Assembly (NCBI RefSeq): GCF_001194135.2
Contig: NC_068988.1
Location: 27,074,327 to 27,129,516 of the forward strand
Source: Octopus bimaculoides
Lineage: Eukaryota
Direction of reading: 5' to 3'
Length of the DNA: 55,190 nt
A program made the position numbers and the translations under genes. Under the pieces are notes generated by a model that worked only from the letters and a program-made list of their open reading frames with translations, made no database searches and was not told the origin of the DNA. Below are positions 48,993-55,190 of the stretch, one piece after another (positions within the stretch are counted from its first letter, which is position 1; every line of letters starts with the position of its first letter).

Positions 48993-49078
48993 ATTCATTA
49001 GTTCGGGGTGCGTTTGACTGAGGAGATACATCGATGTCGAAACACCGAGTGTCCCGTAGTCTCCTTGCACTAATGAAT
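48993..49078 (+). ncRNA. putative type I hammerhead ribozyme
   Basis: Core CTGAGGA 49018-49024; stem II closed by G49025-C49038 (G-C, A-U, U-G, A-U); GAAA 49039-49042; stem III A-U, C-G, A-U, C-G with a CGA loop; GUC cleavage triplet 49051-49053. Stem I has equal 15-nt imperfect strands capped by a perfect 10-bp helix (48993-49002 / 49069-49078). The proximal stem I is weak. Confidence 0.65.
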
Positions 49079-49486
49079 ACATATTCATCTTAAATGAAGA
49101 AATACATGAGTGAGTAGTATATTTAGGTTCGAATCTGCCACAACGTATCTAAGAATGAATATACCAGTCAATGTTTTTATATATTCTTTTGTCATGACAA
49201 AAAACAAAGCGGGTAAATACGTTGTGATCTCCATCTCTGTTTGAATAGCATCACTAATGTAAGTGATGTATATAAAATGAAAATATTTCATATACAGAAC
49301 GAAACCACTTCAGATATTCTACTTGTCAGGAGATACACTTTTCTTCTATTCGACGCAGTTAGCATTATAAGTATTTCATCTTACGTCAACGAAGAGAGCT
49401 TCTGGAAACGTTCATGATCCATTCGTGATCTATTCTGCAATTTGTGAATTGTTTCTATTATGTAATGTATATTTTGTGTGCGTCAG

Positions 49487-49551
<65 letters not shown>

Positions 49552-49687
49552 NNNNNNNNNNNNNNNNNNNNNNNNNNNNNNNNNNNNNNNNNNNNNNNNN
49601 NNNNNNNNNNNNNNNNNNNNNNNNNNNNNNNNNNNNNNNNNNNNNNNNNNNNNNNNNNNNNNNNNNNNNNNNNNNNNNNNNNNNNNN

Positions 49688-49881
49688 GTTTCAGTCGTTT
49701 GACTGCAGCCATGCTGGAGCATCGCCTTGAAGGGTCGAAAAAATCGATCCCAGGACTTATTTCTTAAGCCTAGTACTTATTTTATCGATCTGTCGACCTA
49801 TTTTGCCGAACCACTAATTTACGGGGAGGAAAACACACCAACACCGGTTGGCAAGCAGTGATGGAGGGACAAAGACAGACA

Positions 49882-49915
<34 letters not shown>

Positions 49916-50092
49916 TACATACATACTACGGGCTTCTTTTAGTTTCCGTCCATCAAATCCACTCACAAGGTTTTGGTCGGTCCGAGGCTATAGTAGAAGA
50001 CACTTGCCCAAGGTTCTACGCGGTGGTACTGAAACCGGAAACATGTGGTTGGGAAGCAAGCTTCTTACCACACAGCCACGCCAGAGAGACAG
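49688..50092 (-). mobile_element. SINE family B, full length with an internal (CA)n
   Basis: Matches 52430-52915 along its length. Confidence 0.92.
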
Positions 50093-51352
50093 ACATTATA
50101 TTACTGATACTACTATATGCTTCTACTATATAATATATCCTGGATATTTATATATTATATATAACTGATACTTTATACTTTGTTACTGAGTTGCTTTCAC
50201 AAGTTTGTTGTGATGTTTTATTTTCTATAGCTTCGTTGTGAAAAGTTTTGGATGTTAATTATTTATTTATGCATGTTAGCATGTCTGTCTCTCTGGCTGT
50301 ATTTATGTGTATATGTATTTGTATATGTGTATGTATGTGTATATGAATGCGTGTGCATATGTTTATATCACTGTTTTGTACAGAAAAGTTCGGTTGACGT
50401 AATGAAGCAAACATTTTCAAGTTTATTTAATGTGGTTAACGTTTAAAATATTTAAGGCTCATCTTCAAAGCTGCCAAATTACCAACAAACATTAGATATT
50501 CCACAAACAGAAATAGAAATTTAGAAAACAGTGTTATATTGAAAGACAATAGGATAGATTTCTGTAGATAGTATTCTTGGGACACACAAAATTAGAAGTA
50601 AACCACACATTGAAACGTAATCGATCACAGAGCTTGAGTTATAAGTTTTATTGAAAGAAAACAGAGTAAATATAAGTAAGGGTACCACTCGTTGTTAGCA
50701 TAGATTATCTCTACAAACGACAGAACAATTCTTAGTTGTTAAGAGATGTGTGAAACAAGTTTCGTGAAATTGTCATTGGTTATTTATGTAAGATATTTGG
50801 CATCCAATGTAAGAGTTTAAGTCCATGATTCAGCCTAAAAGTTCAGACAATCTCCAGTAACATAAAATAATGACCCACAAAGTTGGGACTCATTTCCGTA
50901 TGATATTGATCGTGAATATCTGCCTCAAGATTAAATTACTCCAGGAAATCAAGATTGATTTATGAACGATTAGATATTAAAGAAATATGTCATCTTCCAT
51001 ACGAAAGTGAAAATATTTCTGCGTTCTGACGATGCATTCTTTTCAAGAACATCAAGGGATTTTCCAAGACATGTATTGCGTGCAATATGTGATATGACAA
51101 TCGCTTCCGATACAAGGCGTCACATTCTGTCATATTGTTACAATATGTTATGTCATTAAAAGATACTGTGACACTGAATGGGACATTTGAATTGTTTTTT
51201 TGTTGTTTGTTTTTTCGTGAGATATTTTAAGAATATGGAAAGAATACGCTTTACAAAATCAAAATTTCAAAGAAAATTAGATGAAGTACATCTAATTTTA
51301 CTTCAATATAATTATGACCACCTATTCCCAGTGTAAAGCTAGTTCAACTACT

Positions 51353-51625
51353 CAATGGTTCCCAAAGTGGGCGGTCGAAAGTTCCAAGGAGGAGTTGAAG
51401 AAAAGTAGGGTGATAATAGGAGACGAGTCATCTAAAAAAAATGGGGTGATAATGGGGTAGCGATTCATGTAAAAAAAACAAAATAATGGGTTCATTAGGC
51501 TAAGTTTTATTTGTGAAATACAGTTGCTTTGAATTTGCTTCAAAAAGAGGTCTTTTTGTGATGGTTAGTTGTGGTGGGGGCAATAGGAATGTAACCTGGG
51601 TGTCAAGGGGGCGGCAGCCCGGAAA
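51353..51625 (+). mobile_element. hAT (Charlie-type) MITE remnant
   Basis: Left end CAATGGTTCCCAAAGTGGGCGG resembles the CAGTGGTTCCCAAA terminus; subterminal GGGGGCGGCAGCCCGGAAA on the right, but the right TIR is missing. Confidence 0.6.
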
Positions 51626-51659
51626 TACGCGTCATTGAATCCACAACTTTATGTTTTGG

Positions 51660-51725
51660 GGTCCAACTAGAACCTGCGATCTAAGGGTTGTGAGATCAAC
51701 GTCCTAACCACAAGGCCATTCGCTT
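51660..51725 (-). mobile_element. tRNA-derived SINE head fragment
   Basis: Minus strand GGCCTTGTGGTTAGGACG...GATCGCAGGTTCTAG has A/B-box-like motifs and resembles the head at 43600. Confidence 0.45.
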
Positions 51726-51759
51726 TCACACGATATAGGTCATCAACAAACTGAATCTA

Positions 51760-51959
51760 TTAGGCTGGTGCATAATTATAGCAGCTTTTTTTCAATGATT
51801 ATTCCGACCGGTTGCCAAGCGAATGGGAAGCAATAATTGAAGTAGATGGTGAATATGCTCCGGAATAATCATTTAAAGATGCTTTTGTTAAATGTTGTTA
51901 TTGTTCTTGTTGAATAAAATTTGTTGAGAAAAAGCCGCAATAATTATGCACCAACCTAA
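51760..51959 (+). mobile_element. mariner-derived MITE with TA target duplication
   Basis: TA-TTAGGCTGGTGCATAATTAT...ATAATTATGCACCAACCTAA-TA; the interior encodes DRLPSEWEAIIEVDGEYAPE*, like the mariner C-terminus (KLPERW.KV...GEY). Confidence 0.9.
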
Positions 51960-52249
51960 TAGATTAACCATTGTTTAGTAAAACATCTGAGCTTCTATAC
52001 TTACATAAAACAACTTTCCAACAAATGAATCATCATGACAACCTCCAATTACAAGCGGAGAATGTGTATTAGCAATACGACCTGTAAATAACAAAGAAGA
52101 CTGTAAAAACAACAACTAACGGTCTTTAAAGGGCGCCATATTAAATTACATTTCCGCTGCCTTCTATAAAGTTGAGTCATGTTGAACCCTTATTCGTCAA
52201 AGTGACGACAGGGTACGTATATGTCGCACTATTTTGTACTTGATTTTAA

Positions 52250-52372
52250 CTGACAGAATTGGAGTGCGACTTATACACGGGGCAAAGCTGATATCAAGTT
52301 TGAATATGAAAGGAAAGAAATTATATATCAAGATTTGAATTAAGAATGTAACTTATACACGAGTAAATATAA
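52250..52372. mobile_element. Tc2/pogo-like transposon end fragment
   Basis: TGCGACTTATACACG and AACTTATACACGAGTAAATATA resemble the reverse complement of the terminus at 55066. Confidence 0.45.
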
Positions 52373-52429
52373 TAATTAATATAACACAAAAAACAATGAC
52401 ATAGTTTGAATGAAAGGAAGGTGGTATAC

Positions 52430-52651
52430 TCTTTTACTTGCTTCAGTCATTTGACTGCAGCCATGCTGGAGCACCGCCTTTAGTCGAGAAAATCGACCCC
52501 AGGACTTATTCTTTGGATGCCTAGTACTTATTCTATCGATCTCTTTTGCCGAACCGCTAAGTTACGGGGATGTAAACATACCACCATCGGTTGTCAAGCG
52601 ATGTTGGGGGGACAAACAGAGACACACAAAGACAGACACATACATACATAT

Positions 52652-52696
<45 letters not shown>

Positions 52697-52915
52697 NNNN
52701 NNNNNNNNNNNNNNNNNNNNNNNNNNNNNNNNNNNNNNNNNNNNNNNNNNNNNNNNNNNNNNNNNNNNNNNNNNTGTCTACCAAATCCACTCACAAGGCT
52801 TTGGTCGGCCCGAGGCTATAGTAGAAGACACTTGCCCAAGGTGCCACGCAGTGGAAATGTACCCAGAACCATGTGGTTGGTAAGCAAGCTACTTACCACA
52901 CAGCCACTCCTGCGC
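52430..52915 (-). mobile_element. SINE family B, full length, gap inside the internal (TA)n
   Basis: Best B copy: from CACAGCCACTCCTGCGCC (head) to TACTCTTTTACTTG (tail). Confidence 0.93.
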
Positions 52916-53554
52916 CATTCATAGAGGCATAGAAACAGAAAACAGAGTAAAAAAGAATGGGGAGACAGAGACAGACAGACAAAAAAAAATGATAAAATTT
53001 GGGCTGCACATACCTCTGAGCTGGGCACTTCTCTTTTGGTTGTTTACTGTACCCCTAAAGGTATTTCCATCATACTGCAGAGTCAGGCGGACCTTCCTGC
53101 GACGCTTCTTATGAAAACCAGATGCAAATTGAAATAACAAAATTTTAAAGATGAGATGAATATGCAAAGCATTTCATTTTCGTATTAATTCATAATATCG
53201 AAACAGTTAAGAAATATCTCTACCATAAATACATCAAATATCTTATCTCTACATCAATAGTACTTTAATGTTAATCTTGTACTGGCTTTATCGATTATGA
53301 GTGGATGCAAGAGGAAATAGAGGCAGAAAAAATCGAAATCTAGGTGTATGACCAAGCTAAACTCCGAAAGAAAACTAATCTGAGCTAACAAAGCAGTATC
53401 TTCGTAATTACTCGACCTGACCTGCGAGAAACAGCAACCAAATCTTCCTCGAGTTACACCATATTAATACTACAACGAATTTTGTTTGTTCTTCGAACAT
53501 TAAACTACTCTCCAACCGCCAAAATAATGCTTGCAATAAATTAATCGGAACGAA

Positions 53555-53561
53555 ATATGTA

Positions 53562-53613
<52 letters not shown>

Positions 53614-53665
53614 CATATACATATGTATATACATATATATATAATACATATATATATACATATAT

Positions 53666-53698
<33 letters not shown>

Positions 53699-54182
53699 TA
53701 TATATACACATATATATACATCTATATATACATATATATACATAGGTATGTACATATATATACATTCATATATACNNNNNNNNNNNNNNNNNNNNNNNNN
53801 NNNNNNNNNNNNNNNNNNNNNNNNNNNNNNNNNNNNNNNNNNNNNNNNNNNNNNNNNNNNNNNNNNNNNNNNNNNNNNNNNNNNNNNNNNNNNNNNNNNN
53901 NNNNNNNNNNNNNNNNNNNNNNNNNNNNNNNNNNNNNNNNNNNNNNNNNNNNNNNNNNNNNNNNNNNNNNNNNNNNNNNNNNNNNNNNNNNNNNNNNNNN
54001 NNNNNNNNNNNNNNNNNNNNNNNNNNNNNNNNNNNNNNNNNNNNNNNNNNNNNNNNNNNNNNNNNNNNNNNNNNNNNNNNNNNNNNNNNNNNNNNNNNNN
54101 NNNNNNNNNNNNNNNNNNNNNNNNNNNNNNNNNNNNNNNNNNNNNNNNNNNNNNNNNNNNNNNNNNNNTATATATATATATA
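53555..54182. repeat. (TG)n/(TA)n compound microsatellite with a 393-N gap
   Basis: Directly visible. Confidence 0.95.
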
Positions 54183-55065
54183 TTCGGTGCAGTTTCCTCC
54201 AATCTGTTTCCACTCAAACTGAATCTATTGTGTAAGATATGTACAACTCAGTATTTTCGACTTTAAAAGTTAAATGTTGATAAACATTCCATTTTCTTTT
54301 AAAGTTAAACTGTTCACTATTCATTTACTGTCACCGGTTGAGGTAACTGTTAACAAACTGGATATATTATATGAAGTTTTTAATAATTATTATTATAATT
54401 ACATACAATATAAATGTGATTGCATAGAATATTTATAACTATGTCTAGAAACCTTTTTAATCTGTATAGTATAAATAACTCTTTAATTATGAATTGAAAC
54501 GTGTAGTTAACTTTGAAATACAAACCAGTCTAAACTTTAATTTTTCTCTTCTTCCATCGCTGGTTGCAAGTTTCATTTTTATACGCCGACGAGTAACAAT
54601 GATTTGTATGGACGGTTTCTGAGACACACAGCACGCACAATTTGTAAGAAGCACTTGTCTCCTAGACCCATATTTATATTTTTTGAATTTCAGTGCAATG
54701 AACAAATGAGTACCGAAACTTTGACGAGCAAAATGTTCGATGGTCATTCTACTTGAACGGGAAAATTTTATTTTCCCACTGCGACTATGTTTTACATGTT
54801 GATATTTGGCACGCACATTGTTGCCGGACTGGTCATCTAAGGAATTTTTGAAGTCGTATGAGGCTTCAGGGCGGCAATCTGAAATAACGGTATGAAGAAA
54901 ATTTTGCGAATGCCAGAAAAATTTGAGATCAAAGAGATAGACGAAATATAATGCTTAACGGATGAACTTACATTTTTGTCGATAAATTACGAAGAAAACC
55001 AAAGGATTTGTGTTAGATGCTACAAAGTTTCCATTATAGATTTAAATTTATAAATTTAATTATTT

Positions 55066-55168
55066 ACCGTATATACTCGAGTAATAGTCGATCTCATGTA
55101 AAAGTCGACCCTCTATTTTCAGTCAAAAGATTGGGAAATTTCCAAGACCCCTTATAAAAGTCGACCCT
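55066..55168 (+). mobile_element. Tc2/pogo-like transposon terminus
   Basis: TACCGTATATACTCGAGT followed by repeated TAAAAGTCGACC subterminal motifs. Confidence 0.6.
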
Positions 55169-55190
55169 TTATATATATATATATATATAT

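Noticed and set aside
49249-49258. 10-nt exon-like segment with a GTAAGT donor
   Set aside because: Moderate acceptor, frame-shifting length and a stop in phase 0; no supporting context.
49385-49415. CGAAGAGAGCTTCTGGAAACGTT as another minimal hammerhead
   Set aside because: The CUGA core is broken and stems I and II do not pair convincingly.

Overview
AT-rich eukaryotic genomic DNA with very dense microsatellites, 13 assembly gaps and many short retroposon copies. The repeat content strongly suggests a coleoid cephalopod, most likely Octopus (inference; no database check). I found no complete protein-coding gene, rRNA, true tRNA or CRISPR array, and most ORFs in the track are microsatellite or N-gap artefacts. 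The window looks like intronic or intergenic DNA. It holds about 20 copies of one tRNA-derived SINE (family A) and about 15 of another (family B). It also holds decayed CR1/L2-like, RTE and R4/Dong LINEs, a Penelope-like RT, a hAT (Charlie/Buster) transposase relic, and mariner, Tigger and hAT MITE pieces. Highlights: (1) a type I hammerhead ribozyme fold with an intact catalytic core at 48993-49078 (+), inside a degenerate ~300-bp direct repeat (retrozyme-like); (2) three very short candidate exons on + (45, 9 and 10 nt, 16950-18821) interleaved with inverted SINEs, so that a 90-bp stem loops out the first and a competing pairing could loop out the second; (3) three fold-back palindromes between 40.9 and 44.2 kb; (4) two degenerate Penelope-type minimal hammerheads. 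All exon and ribozyme calls are predictions from sequence alone.
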